Assembly (NCBI RefSeq): GCF_944324525.1
Contig: NZ_CALUWS010000010.1
Coordinates: 1,404 to 65,403, forward strand
Source: an uncultured Desulfovibrio sp.
GTDB lineage: Bacteria > Desulfobacterota > Desulfovibrionia > Desulfovibrionales > Desulfovibrionaceae
DNA: 64,000 nt
Reading direction: 5' to 3'
Positions 1 to 8,950 of the stretch are shown in pieces. Under the pieces are notes generated by a model that did no database searches, was not told where the DNA came from, and saw only the letters and a list, made by a program, of their open reading frames with translations. A program made the translations under genes and the position numbers. Positions within the stretch are counted from its first letter, which is position 1; each line of letters begins with the position of its first letter.

Positions 1-396
1 CACCGCGCTGTCCAGCGCGGCCCCCTCTTCCACCGGGGCGGCCGTCGTCGTATGCGGCTGGCTGGGGATATCCAGATGGTTCAGCAGAGCGTCCACATCG
101 TCTATGCCGGGCATGACGATCTTCTCGTTGGGATTTTCATCAGGGCCCTGCGAAGGGGCGTCCGGCCCGGAGAGACTGGGGGAGCGCAACTCCTCCACGG
201 TTTCCGGCGCGCCCTGCCCCATTTGCTGCAGCAGGCTGTCGATGGCATCGCCTGACGCATGAGGAACGTCGTTGAGACTCTGCAACTGTTCGTCCAGACT
301 GTCCTTTTCCGCGGAGGGACGGGAAGCCTGGGCGGAGGTTTCCCCCTCCTCGATGAGATCGGTCAGGTCAATGATTTCTTCGGTATCAGCCGTCAT
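1..396 (-). CDS. Partial CDS (first 132 codons, continues beyond the left edge): acidic low-complexity hypothetical protein
   Basis: Uninterrupted minus-strand frame from ATG (394-396) to position 1. It is missing from the ORF track only because no stop lies inside the window. Translates MTADTEEIIDLTDLIEEGETSAQAS...; third codon positions are GC-rich like neighbouring genes. Confidence 0.5.
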   Translation of the reverse strand, partial: MTADTEEIIDLTDLIEEGETSAQASRPSAEKDSLDEQLQSLNDVPHASGDAIDSLLQQMGQGAPETVEELRSPSLSGPDAPSQGPDENPNEKIVMPGIDDVDALLNHLDIPSQPHTTTAAPVEEGAALDSAV

Positions 397-525
397 GGCA
401 GCCTCGCGGGTTGGGACCTTATGGGTGAAGGAATTGTTCTCTATTGTAAAACGACAAAAAAGAATAGCAGTTTAGGGGGAAAAAGGCAAACAAGCACACA
501 TGGGGCCCGACAGCCCCCCGGCAGG

Positions 526-554
526 AAAAAAAAAGCCGCGACAGCGTCGCGGCC
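526..554 (-). terminator. Rho-independent terminator of the cytochrome c3 gene
   Basis: Minus strand reads GGCCGCGACGCTGTCGCGGCT as a hairpin, followed by a run of nine T, about 25 nt after the c3 stop codon. Confidence 0.75.
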
Positions 555-579
555 TGAGAGCAAAGAAATGACGTCAGGA

Positions 580-972
580 CTACGGATGACACTTGGACTT
601 GGCGCAGCCGGTGAGGTCCTTCTTGAGGTCGGGCTTTTCGGCCACGATCTTGTCATGGCACTGCAGACAGGTCTGGAACTTCGTATCCTTTTTGTTGTGC
701 ACGACGTAGTAAAGGCTCTTGGTGCCCTTTTTGCCCGCCAGATCATCATGGCAGCCGGCCGTGGCGCACTTGGCGAAGTTTTCCTTGCCGTCCACCGGAT
801 GGTGGCAGACCGTGCATTCAATGGCCTTGTGGGTGCTGTGGTTGAACTTCACGACCTTCTTGGGGTTGGATCCCACCATCTCCAGCCCGTCGGCGGGAAC
901 GGCAGGGGCGGCAAAAGCGGGCGCGGCCAGGGCCAGCGACAGCAGGGCAGCCGGGATCAGGGCGAACTTCAT
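580..972 (-). CDS. cycA: Periplasmic tetraheme cytochrome c3
   Basis: ORF 580..1206 trimmed to the internal ATG at 972, giving signal peptide MKFALIPAALLSLALAAPAFA. Four heme-binding motifs (CTVCH, CATAGCH, CLQCH, CAKSKCH) occur in c3 order. The C-terminal LTGCAKSKCHP is typical of Desulfovibrio c3. Confidence 0.93.
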   Translation of the reverse strand: MKFALIPAALLSLALAAPAFAAPAVPADGLEMVGSNPKKVVKFNHSTHKAIECTVCHHPVDGKENFAKCATAGCHDDLAGKKGTKSLYYVVHNKKDTKFQTCLQCHDKIVAEKPDLKKDLTGCAKSKCHP

Positions 973-1051
973 ACGAACATCTCCTCGTTCAGATTGCATC
1001 ACCAGCGGACGCCCGCACAGGAGCGCCCCACCAGAAAACTGGTTCGGACTT

Positions 1052-1080
1052 ACCCTACGCTTCCGGCAGTATCGTGTCAA
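1052..1080 (-). promoter_or_regulatory. Candidate sigma70-type promoter for cytochrome c3
   Basis: Minus strand TTGACA-N17-TAGGGT about 80 nt upstream of the c3 ATG. Confidence 0.3.
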
Positions 1081-1204
1081 TGCGCGGAGGCCACATGAGC
1101 ATCTTGTCCGCTTCTTTCCGAAAACGGGGATGCCCGGCTTCCACTCTTGCCAGACAGCGGGACAATGCGCATACTTCCTCCTGTTTTCCCGGGAGAAGAT
1201 CACC

Positions 1205-2239
1205 ATGCACGTCGCCTTTTTTGCCGCCTCGCGTCCCCACTACCGCATGGCCGCCGCCATCGCCCGTCTGGCTGAAGCGCATGGCGCATGGCACAGCCTG
1301 CTCATCCATGCCCTGCCGCCGTCCGTGCTCTCCAGCCTTCCCGTCCAGGCCACGCCGCGCACCCTCCGGACTGAGCCGGCGGAAGACGCGCTCCGCAGCC
1401 TGCTGCGGACGGAGCGGCCCGATGCCCTGCTGGTCTTCGGCGGCGGCGAGGCGGCGTTGGCCGCAGGCCGGGCCGCCGTGGCGGAACAGGTGCCCCTCCT
1501 GCATCTGGAGGCGGGACAACGCCCCGCCGAAGCCGCCCTGCGGGCCAGTCACGAATTTTTGGACAGGGAGGCCCTCCTGCGCTGCTGCCTTGACGCGCGT
1601 CAGGCCCGCACCCTTGAAGAGGAAGGCATCGCCGAGGGCGTCTGCGTGGTGGGCGATGCCCTTTACGATCTGTTCCAGGAGGCTTGCTCCGGCCTTGATC
1701 CCGATGCCGCCCTGGCCCGCCATCAGCTGACGGGGGCCGCCTTCGCGCTGGCTTCGCTGGACGGCCTGTGGCTCGCGGCCGCCCCGGAGGAACGGCAGGC
1801 CGCCCTGCGCCAGCTTGCCGAGTGGGGCCGTCTGACGGATATGCGCATCCTGCTGCTCTCGGACATGCCGTCCCTGCCCGCGCCCGTGCCGGGCGTCCAG
1901 CGGTTGCCCGCCCTGCCGCCGCTGGAGACGCTCTCCCTCCTGTGCGCCTGCCGCTGCCTGCTGACCGATTCGGACAGTTTGCTGCGCGAGGCCTTCTATG
2001 CGGGCAAGCGCGCCCTCGTCCCCGCCTCCGCCCGGCCGGGCCAGCTTGCCCTGCCGCTGGAATGCGGCTGGCACAAGCCCGCGCCTCTGCACGATCCGGC
2101 AACCCTGGCCGAACTGACGGCCGCCCTGGCCGAGCCCTGTCCCCATCCCGGCCTGCCCGAGGGCAGCGGACGCGCCGTACGGCGCATGACGGCCGCCGTC
2201 ATGGCCACTCTGGCCGACAGGGCGGACGGGCTGCTGTGA
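1205..2239 (+). CDS. WecB-like (UDP-GlcNAc 2-epimerase fold) protein with degenerate catalytic motifs
   Basis: ORF 719..2239 trimmed to ATG 1205 (MHVAFFAASRPHYRM). Colinear with WecB landmarks: PDALLVFGGGEAA in place of GDTNT, LHLEAGQR in place of HVEAGxR, and LLTDSDSLLREAFYAGKRALV in place of TDSGGxQEE. Confidence 0.6.
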   Translation: MHVAFFAASRPHYRMAAAIARLAEAHGAWHSLLIHALPPSVLSSLPVQATPRTLRTEPAEDALRSLLRTERPDALLVFGGGEAALAAGRAAVAEQVPLLHLEAGQRPAEAALRASHEFLDREALLRCCLDARQARTLEEEGIAEGVCVVGDALYDLFQEACSGLDPDAALARHQLTGAAFALASLDGLWLAAAPEERQAALRQLAEWGRLTDMRILLLSDMPSLPAPVPGVQRLPALPPLETLSLLCACRCLLTDSDSLLREAFYAGKRALVPASARPGQLALPLECGWHKPAPLHDPATLAELTAALAEPCPHPGLPEGSGRAVRRMTAAVMATLADRADGLL

Positions 2240-2369
2240 CGTCCAACGGCCCCGACCCCGCTGGAAAATTTTACTTTCCGTGCCGGGGCAAGTCTGCTAC
2301 CCATAGCCGTGAAACGCGTTTTTGTCCGGCAGATCCGGCCGGACGCAGCCCATTCTCCGGGGGAGAGCC

Positions 2370-3497
2370 GTGATCTCGCAGCAACCTTGTGTCTCCGTCG
2401 TCATTCCCGCCTACAACTACGCCCGCTTCCTGCCCATTGCCGTCCAGAGCGCCCAGCAGCAGCGGGGGACGGACTTTTCCGTGGAAGTCATCGTGGTGGA
2501 TGACGGCTCCACCGACGATACCGCCGAAGTGGCGGCGAGCCTGCCGGGCATCCGCTACATCCATCAGGAAAATCAGGGCTTGTCCGCCGCCCGGAACACG
2601 GGCATGCAGGCGGCGCGAGGCGACTTCCTGCTGTTCCTGGATGCCGACGATCTGCTGGCGCCCCAGGTCATCGCCACCCACCTGGCCGCCCTTGCCCGTC
2701 ATCCTGACTGGTCGGTCAGCATCAGCCTCTGCCTGCAGCTCTTCGAGGACCATTCCCAGCCCAATTCCGTCTGGCCGCTGTTTGCCGACCATATCGACGT
2801 CCACATGTGCAATGCCAACGTCTCGCCGGTGCACACCTACATGATCCGCACCGAGGCGGCCCGGTCCGTGGGGCTTTTCGACACGAGCCTGAAGGCTTGC
2901 GAGGATCAGGACTTCTGGCTGCGCTGCCTCTTTGCCGGGCACCGCTTCGGCATCAATCCCGACGGACTGGTCATTTACCGGCGGCATGGCGAGAGCATGA
3001 CCGCCAATGTGGTGCGGCAATATATCCATGACGCGGCCATGCATTTTCGCATCGGCAACGGGCTGGATACGGCGAAGGACTTCCCCCCTTCGGGCAAGTT
3101 CGCCGGCTGGCTGGCCCACGCCATGGGCTGTCTGGCCTGCGCCACGGTCGTCGGGCACATCACCGCGCCCCTGAGCCACCGTCTGTTCCGGGAATTCCTG
3201 CGCTCCGTGGAGCAGGCGGTCAACCTCGAGGCCACGCGCAGCTGCCAGGCCGACATGGCCGCCATCCAGCTTTTCTATGCCTCGTGGCTGCTCATCAAGC
3301 GGCGTGAAGCCCTTGCCGTCGTGCCGTCCGATCTGCGGCAGGACGTCATCCGGGCCGTCGACGAGGTGCATGCCCTCTTCCCCGGCATCCAGGACGACGA
3401 CAGCCTGCTGCCCAGCGTCGAAAGCCTGAACAAGCGGCTTATCGTCGATCCCGACGTCATGCTGCGTACGGCGCACCGCTATCTGCGCCGCCGCTGA
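2370..3497 (+). CDS. Family 2 (GT-A) glycosyltransferase
   Basis: CVSVVIPAYNYARFL...VIVVDDGSTDDT...ENQGLSAARNTG...FLDADD motifs. GTG at 2370 is preceded by a GGGGAGAG Shine-Dalgarno; the ORF track begins at TTG 2322. Confidence 0.85.
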   Translation: MISQQPCVSVVIPAYNYARFLPIAVQSAQQQRGTDFSVEVIVVDDGSTDDTAEVAASLPGIRYIHQENQGLSAARNTGMQAARGDFLLFLDADDLLAPQVIATHLAALARHPDWSVSISLCLQLFEDHSQPNSVWPLFADHIDVHMCNANVSPVHTYMIRTEAARSVGLFDTSLKACEDQDFWLRCLFAGHRFGINPDGLVIYRRHGESMTANVVRQYIHDAAMHFRIGNGLDTAKDFPPSGKFAGWLAHAMGCLACATVVGHITAPLSHRLFREFLRSVEQAVNLEATRSCQADMAAIQLFYASWLLIKRREALAVVPSDLRQDVIRAVDEVHALFPGIQDDDSLLPSVESLNKRLIVDPDVMLRTAHRYLRRR

Positions 3498-3538
3498 ACC
3501 CACCTTCAAGAACCCTGCTGCCCGAACCGGGAGGTCAC

Positions 3539-5749
3539 ATGCGCATCCTCTGTCTGGCTGTCCTGCTGAACACCCTGCCCCAGCTGCTCAAGAAGTTCGA
3601 CGCGGAAGTCCGCCGCCTGCGCGAGCTGGAGCCGGATACCCACGGCTTCGTGCTCGGCCCGGGCACGCCGCAGGAGATGCGGGGATACAGCTTCCGCTGC
3701 CTGTGCCGTCCCTTTGACCGCGCCACCTACATGAACGCCGCCCAGGCGCTGGCCGAGAGCCTGCGCCCGGACATCATCTTTTTCCGCTATCCCTGCGCCA
3801 CACGCCAGTTGCTGCGCTTCATGCGCGCCGCGCCGCCGGTCATCTTCGAACACAACACCATCGAGGAAACGGAGCTGCTCCATCAGGAGCTGGTCAACGA
3901 GCGTCTGTGGGGCAGCGCCTCACTCTCGTATGCGGCCGGTTTCTGCGGCGTGACGGACGAGATCAACCGTTACGAGCTCTCGCGCATCGATCATCCCGCC
4001 CCCACCTTCATCATGGGCAACGGCATCGAACCGGAGTCCGTCCCCGCGCTGGATTTCCATGCCCCGCAGGATGCCGTCCATATGCTGAGCGCCGCGCATT
4101 TTTCCCAGTGGCACGCGCTGGAACGGCTGCTGGCGGGCATGGCCCGCTATCAGGGCGAGGCACGTTTCGTGCTGCACCTCGCGGGCGAAGGGCCGGAGCT
4201 GGAAAAATACCGGATCATCGCCCGGCAGCTGCAGCTCGGGGATGCCGTGCGCTTCCACGGGCAGCTCGATCAGGAGGCGCTCCGGCAGCTTGCCGCCTCC
4301 TGCCATGTGGGCGTGGGCTCGCTGGGACATCACCGCATCCACATGATCCAGTACGCGGCCCTCAAGCACCGTGAGTACTGCCTGCAGGGGCTGCCTTTCT
4401 TTTTCAGCGGCAACGATGTGGACTTCATGCCGTTGCCGCCCTTTGTCGCCGCCATGCCCGCCGACGAAAGCCCCGTGGATATGGACAAGGTGCTCCGTCT
4501 GGCCCGGCTGTCGGAAGAACAGCCGGACGTCCACCGGCAGATGCGGCAGTACGCCGAGGATCATTGCTCCTGGCAGAGCAAGATGCGGCGTCTGCATGCC
4601 TTCATGGGCGAAGTGCTCACCGCCCGCAACGGTTCCCTGCCGCCGCAGCGCCCCACGCTTGAGGTGGAAGGCCCCGCGCCCGCCACGGTGCGCCCCCTGC
4701 TGACCCTGTCCGCGTCCGACGCCCCTTCCGCCGAGGCCCTGACCGCCGGTCTGCACAGCCTGCTGCGCCAACAGTATCGCGGCGGCGTCACCCTTTGCCG
4801 GGATGTGGCCGCCGCCGGTCCGGCGGACTGGCTCGATCAGGTCCGGCGCACATGGGAAGAGATCAGCCCCGCCTATGCGGACGCCCCCGCCCTGCTGACC
4901 CTGCCGCAGGCGGGAGAGGCCGGTCCTTGCGCCAGCTGGAATGCGGCGGCCGAGGCTCCGGGCGCTGACGGATACGCGCCCCAGTGGCTGCTGCCCCTGC
5001 TGGCCGGGGACGTGCTGCGCGAAGATATGCTGGAAGCGCCGCAGCAGGCCGTGCGCCATCAGCCGGAAATAAGCTGCATCAGCGCGCGCACCAGCGGCCC
5101 GGACGGCCAGCCGTGGAAGCCCCGCGGCTTCCAGACGCTGAAACTGGGCCGGGAAGAGGCGGAGGCCTGCCTGCTCGTCCGCCGTTTCCTCTGGCAGGCG
5201 GTGGGCGGCATGCGGGACTGCCAGCCCCTGGGCCTCACGGACTGGCTGTTCTGGCTGGGCTGTCTGGAAGAAGGCGCTCTCCGCCGCAGCCTGCCCCGCG
5301 CGGGCATCGTGCGCGCCGTGCCCGCGCCGCAGCCGCTGGCCGAGGCCGAAGAGATGGAAGCCCTTTCCCAGATGGTCATCCGGCGCACGAGCGTCTTCCC
5401 GGCCAGTTCCGTCATCAAGGCGCATGAGATCCTTGCCGGCACGGCGGCTCTGCGCTCGCCCGAGGCGTCCGATCTGGCCGCTCTTGAGAGCCGCTGGCCC
5501 GAAGAGGCGGGTTGGTTCGCCCTGTACCGCGGCCTGCTGCATGAAGGCGCGGGCCGCCTGCCCGAAGCCCTGCTGCACTACCGGCTCGCCGCGCAACATA
5601 ACGAACTGGACTGGCAGCCGTGGCTGCGCATGGCCCACCTCCATGCTCGTCTCGGCCAGCGGGCACGGGTGGCGGACGATGCGCGCCGGGCCCTGGAGCT
5701 GCGCGCCGGCCTGGAGGAGTTCCTGCCCGCGGGAGCCTGCGGACGCTGA
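3539..5749 (+). CDS. Multidomain glycosyltransferase: N-terminal GT4-like (GT-B) domain, central GT2-like domain, C-terminal TPR-like repeats
   Basis: GGGAGG Shine-Dalgarno before the ATG. The GT4 signature is HLAGEGPELEKYRIIARQLQLGDAVRFHGQ. The central LLVRRFLWQAVGG...TDWLFWLGCLEEG resembles the GT2 acceptor-side motif. The C-terminal EALLHYRLAAQHNELDWQPWLRMAHLHARLGQ is TPR-like. Confidence 0.75.
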   Translation: MRILCLAVLLNTLPQLLKKFDAEVRRLRELEPDTHGFVLGPGTPQEMRGYSFRCLCRPFDRATYMNAAQALAESLRPDIIFFRYPCATRQLLRFMRAAPPVIFEHNTIEETELLHQELVNERLWGSASLSYAAGFCGVTDEINRYELSRIDHPAPTFIMGNGIEPESVPALDFHAPQDAVHMLSAAHFSQWHALERLLAGMARYQGEARFVLHLAGEGPELEKYRIIARQLQLGDAVRFHGQLDQEALRQLAASCHVGVGSLGHHRIHMIQYAALKHREYCLQGLPFFFSGNDVDFMPLPPFVAAMPADESPVDMDKVLRLARLSEEQPDVHRQMRQYAEDHCSWQSKMRRLHAFMGEVLTARNGSLPPQRPTLEVEGPAPATVRPLLTLSASDAPSAEALTAGLHSLLRQQYRGGVTLCRDVAAAGPADWLDQVRRTWEEISPAYADAPALLTLPQAGEAGPCASWNAAAEAPGADGYAPQWLLPLLAGDVLREDMLEAPQQAVRHQPEISCISARTSGPDGQPWKPRGFQTLKLGREEAEACLLVRRFLWQAVGGMRDCQPLGLTDWLFWLGCLEEGALRRSLPRAGIVRAVPAPQPLAEAEEMEALSQMVIRRTSVFPASSVIKAHEILAGTAALRSPEASDLAALESRWPEEAGWFALYRGLLHEGAGRLPEALLHYRLAAQHNELDWQPWLRMAHLHARLGQRARVADDARRALELRAGLEEFLPAGACGR

Positions 5750-5831
5750 CCTCTGCCTGGACGGCTCCGCCGTCCTTGCGGCGGGCGCGCCTCATCCGCA
5801 CATGGCCGCGACAGGACAGCGCGGGCGTCCC

Positions 5832-5924
5832 GGCCCAAGCCCGGCGGGGAAGCAGCGTTTTTCCCGCGAAACGACAGGTCGTATGGTTGGCGTCGCACAG
5901 CGTTGCAAACGGAAAAAGTTCTCT
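5832..5924 (+). repeat. Intergenic repeat family 1, partial copy (right-hand modules)
   Basis: GCGTTTTTCCCGCGAAACGACAGGTCGTATGGTTGGCGTCGCACAGCGTTGCAAACGG aligns with the copies at 14925-14990 and 23750-23820 (reverse complement). Confidence 0.7.
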
Positions 5925-6100
5925 GCCCTCCCCCCGGCCGGAGAAGACGCTCAGGCCCTGCTGACGCTCCGCATCGCCGGAGGGGAGATGTGGGGAACGG
6001 TCTTCCCGCGACGCCACGGAGCATGTCGGGCAAGAGTCATAGCACCAGAACTTGTGGCAAGGTCCACACCAACACGCCCTCACGCATGGAGGCATCCTCA

Positions 6101-7186
6101 GTGAAGAAGATCATTTCCTTTATCGGCGCTCGCCCGCAGTTCATCAAGGAAGCCCTCCTGGGGCGGCGCGTGCGTGAGCGCAAGGCCTGGGAGCATGTGC
6201 TCGTGCACTCGGGCCAGCATTACGATCTCCGTATGTCGGACATCTTCTTCCAGGAGCTCGGCATCCCCCAGCCGGCCTACCATCTGGGCGTCGGCTCCGG
6301 ATCGCATGCGGCCATGACGGCACAGACCATGCTGGCGCTGGAATCCGTGCTCGTGCAGGAAAAGCCCGATGCCCTGCTGGTCTACGGCGATACCAATACC
6401 ACGCTTGCGGGAGCTCTGGTCGCCTGCAAGATGGACATCCCCGTGATCCATGTGGAAGCCGGCATCCGCATGCTGCCCGAGAATATGCCGGAAGAGATCA
6501 ACCGCCGCATCGTGGACCGCGTATCGTCCGTCCTCTGCTGCTGTTCGGAGGTCGCACGGCAAAATATCACGCGTGAGGGCATCAGCAGGGGCGTCTTCGT
6601 CACTGGCGACATCATGTACGACATCTTTCTGCAGATGCGGCCCCTGTTCCCCGCGGATGACATGCTGAAAAATCTGGCTGTGCGACGCTCCGGATATGTC
6701 GTGGTGACGATGCACCGCAATTACAATGTGGACTGCAAGGAGCGGCTGGAAGCGGTGCTTGCGGGGTTGGAGGCCATCGCCCAGTCCGGCCTTGAGGTCT
6801 TGTTCCCCGTCCACCCGCGCACCAGGAAGCGCATGCAGGAATTCGCGCTCGAACATGTGGCGCCCCATGTCCGCTGCCTTGACCCGCTGGGCTATCTCGA
6901 GCTCATGGCGCTTGTGGAGAATGCGTCCTTCGTGATCACGGATTCAGGCGGCTTGCAGAAAGAAAGCTATTACGCAGGCAAGAGGGCCATCGTGATCATG
7001 CCGGATTCCGGCTGGCGTGAACTGGTGGATACCGGCTGGAACACGCTTTGCGCCCCGGATGCGCAGGAGCTGCAAAAGGCCGTGGCCGGGCTGGATCTGA
7101 CCGTCCGCCCGCCCGCGGACGTTTACGGCAGCGGGAACGCCGCCGACGCCATCATCGAGGCCGTCGCGGCGACACTCTCCATCTGA
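6101..7186 (+). CDS. wecB: UDP-N-acetylglucosamine 2-epimerase (non-hydrolysing)
   Basis: KKIISFIGARPQFIK, HSGQHYD, LVYGDTNTTLAGAL, VIHVEAGIR, FPVHPRTRK and ITDSGGLQKE motifs. GTG 6101 lies 8 nt after GGAGG; an alternative ATG is at 6086. Confidence 0.9.
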   Translation: MKKIISFIGARPQFIKEALLGRRVRERKAWEHVLVHSGQHYDLRMSDIFFQELGIPQPAYHLGVGSGSHAAMTAQTMLALESVLVQEKPDALLVYGDTNTTLAGALVACKMDIPVIHVEAGIRMLPENMPEEINRRIVDRVSSVLCCCSEVARQNITREGISRGVFVTGDIMYDIFLQMRPLFPADDMLKNLAVRRSGYVVVTMHRNYNVDCKERLEAVLAGLEAIAQSGLEVLFPVHPRTRKRMQEFALEHVAPHVRCLDPLGYLELMALVENASFVITDSGGLQKESYYAGKRAIVIMPDSGWRELVDTGWNTLCAPDAQELQKAVAGLDLTVRPPADVYGSGNAADAIIEAVAATLSI

Positions 7187-7200
7187 CGACGGCGCATCGT

Positions 7201-7260
7201 GGGCCGGGCGGCGCTGTGCCGCCGCCTCGCGTTCCACCTTTTTCAAAGGCAAAAGGCTCT
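7201..7260 (-). repeat. Intergenic repeat family 1, partial copy (left-hand module)
   Basis: GGCGGCGCTGTGCCGCCGCCTCGCGTTCCACCTTTTTCAAAGGCAAAAGGCTC matches 23838-23892 nearly base for base. Confidence 0.75.
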
Positions 7261-7444
7261 ACAAGCACTGAGGAAGGATGGCGAGGATGCCTTTTCCCGC
7301 TCTGCCGCGAAAAGACCGGGCCTCCCGCGCCGACGGCGATCGAAAGACGCCCGCAGGCCGTGCCTCACACAAAAAAGGCCGGCGGCCTCTGCGCACAACA
7401 GGAAGGACGCGCGCTCCGGCACGGCCCCACGGGCTACCCTCCCC

Positions 7445-8425
7445 TCAGAGAGCCTTGCCGCTCTTGCGGCGCAGCCAGTCCACATAGGTGGGGAAGTGCC
7501 GCTTGAGCAGGTCGAGCGCGTTGTTTTCGGCCAGCAGATAGCGCCGCCGCGTCACCTTGCCCGTGCCCACCCAGTGCTTCAGATAGTCCGCCACCGGGAA
7601 GTGGCGGGCATGGAAGCCGTGGGCGTACATGGCGCGGAACCACTCCACGCCGATATCCAGACAGATGGGCCCGCACTGGCGGTAAGCGCCGGGCGGCAGG
7701 GCCGCACCGAACGGCAAGGTCAGGGGCCGGGTGCGCTCCAGATCGAGCAGGCAGGCCCATTCGTTGATGCGGCATTCCGGCAGCGGCCAGGGCTGCCGGT
7801 CAAAAATGCCTGTGAAGCCTTCGGGATAGGGGCGCACGAAGATGCCCCGCTCCCCGGCCAGCGCGTAGAGCGCGCACAACTGTTCGTAGCTCGGGCGGAA
7901 ATCCTCCTGCCTGCCCGGCCCGCAGGGCGGCAGACCAAAAAGCTCCTGCATGAGATCGGCGCGGGAGGCCGGGCAGTTCCAGCACTGGCCCAGATGGCCA
8001 ATGGCAAAGGCCTCCCCGCGCGCCGCCAGCATGGCCCCCAGGATATCCTTTTGCACAAAGACGTCATTGTGCATGAGGAAGAGCAAACGCGCCTTGCTGT
8101 GCTCAAAGGCATACTGATAGCGGATGCCGTAGCGGTAGGCGGGATCATGCAGGCGCTGCATGTCGGCGGCGTTGAGATCGAGCCAGTACTCCGGCTGGAA
8201 GACGCGGCAGCGTTCCGCCCCCAGCTGCTCGGTCAGCCAGGCGGCAATGAGGTAGGGGCTGACCACGTCATGCTCCGAGCCGTAGGGCTCGAACTGCAAA
8301 TAGATGGAGCCCACATGCGGCCCGCTGGCCCGCAGCAGGGACAGCAGGGACAAGGCGGTCTGATAGGGCTTGGCGAAAATGTTGACGGCCACGTCCACAC
8401 GGACGGCACTGTCGGCTGACGGCAT
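7445..8425 (-). CDS. Hypothetical protein with a distant GT-A-like N-terminus
   Basis: ORF 7445..8476 trimmed to ATG 8425 (MPSADSAVRVDVAVNIFAKPYQTALSLLSLL resembles the first strand-helix of GT-A enzymes). Contains LFLMHNDVFV and a GQCWNCP motif. No family recognised with certainty. Confidence 0.6.
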   Translation of the reverse strand: MPSADSAVRVDVAVNIFAKPYQTALSLLSLLRASGPHVGSIYLQFEPYGSEHDVVSPYLIAAWLTEQLGAERCRVFQPEYWLDLNAADMQRLHDPAYRYGIRYQYAFEHSKARLLFLMHNDVFVQKDILGAMLAARGEAFAIGHLGQCWNCPASRADLMQELFGLPPCGPGRQEDFRPSYEQLCALYALAGERGIFVRPYPEGFTGIFDRQPWPLPECRINEWACLLDLERTRPLTLPFGAALPPGAYRQCGPICLDIGVEWFRAMYAHGFHARHFPVADYLKHWVGTGKVTRRRYLLAENNALDLLKRHFPTYVDWLRRKSGKAL

Positions 8426-8506
8426 GGCATCCTCTCTCTTTTTTCTGCTTGTAGCGGCTTGCGGCGGACGGCACAAGCCCTGCCGCCGGGCTTTCCGCCC
8501 CGTGCC

Positions 8507-8536
8507 TTGACGCGCCTTGCCGCCGGGCGCTATAGT
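8507..8536 (+). promoter_or_regulatory. Candidate sigma70 promoter
   Basis: TTGACG-N18-TATAGT, 34 nt upstream of the ATG at 8570. Confidence 0.5.
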
Positions 8537-8569
8537 CTGCCGTCATTTTCGGGACGCAAAGGAGGGGGC

Positions 8570-8881
8570 ATGATTTCTCCGCAAACCATTTTTGTCAATT
8601 CCAACGGCCTGCATGAAGGTACCGTCGTGGTGGACAATGACTATTTCGATCTCTCGGGCATGATCCACGGGGACGTCTACCTGAAAAACGATTCCACCTT
8701 CATCGTGCGCGGCATGGTGGTAGGAAATGTGCATGTGGACGCCACCTCCCGCATGTTCGTGGCCGGGACCGTCAAGGGTACCATCTACAACAAGGGCGAT
8801 GTGGAGATAGCCGGCGTGCTCGACGGCGAAATGATGAACATCGTTTCCTCGGTCGCGCCGTCCCAGACGGGCGAGGCCTAG
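8570..8881 (+). CDS. Small (103 aa) hypothetical protein, bactofilin-like beta-helix repeat pattern
   Basis: ORF 8459..8881 trimmed to ATG 8570, which follows a GGAGGGGG Shine-Dalgarno. The repetitive G-x-V/I pattern (IHGDVYL, VRGMVVGNVHV, VAGTVKGTIYNKGDVEIAGVLDG) resembles polymer-forming bactofilin domains. Confidence 0.55.
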   Translation: MISPQTIFVNSNGLHEGTVVVDNDYFDLSGMIHGDVYLKNDSTFIVRGMVVGNVHVDATSRMFVAGTVKGTIYNKGDVEIAGVLDGEMMNIVSSVAPSQTGEA

Positions 8882-8883
8882 GG

Positions 8884-8935
8884 CCTGTTGCCTTTGAAAA
8901 GGCATGATACGGGGCGGCGGCACAGCGCCGTGCGG
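8884..8935 (+). repeat. Intergenic repeat family 1, partial copy (left-hand module)
   Basis: CCTGTTGCCTTTGAAAAGGCATGATACGGGGCGGCGGCACAGCGCCG matches 14855-14902 and 36565-36608. Confidence 0.65.
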
Positions 8936-8950
8936 CCTGACGTCAGAACG

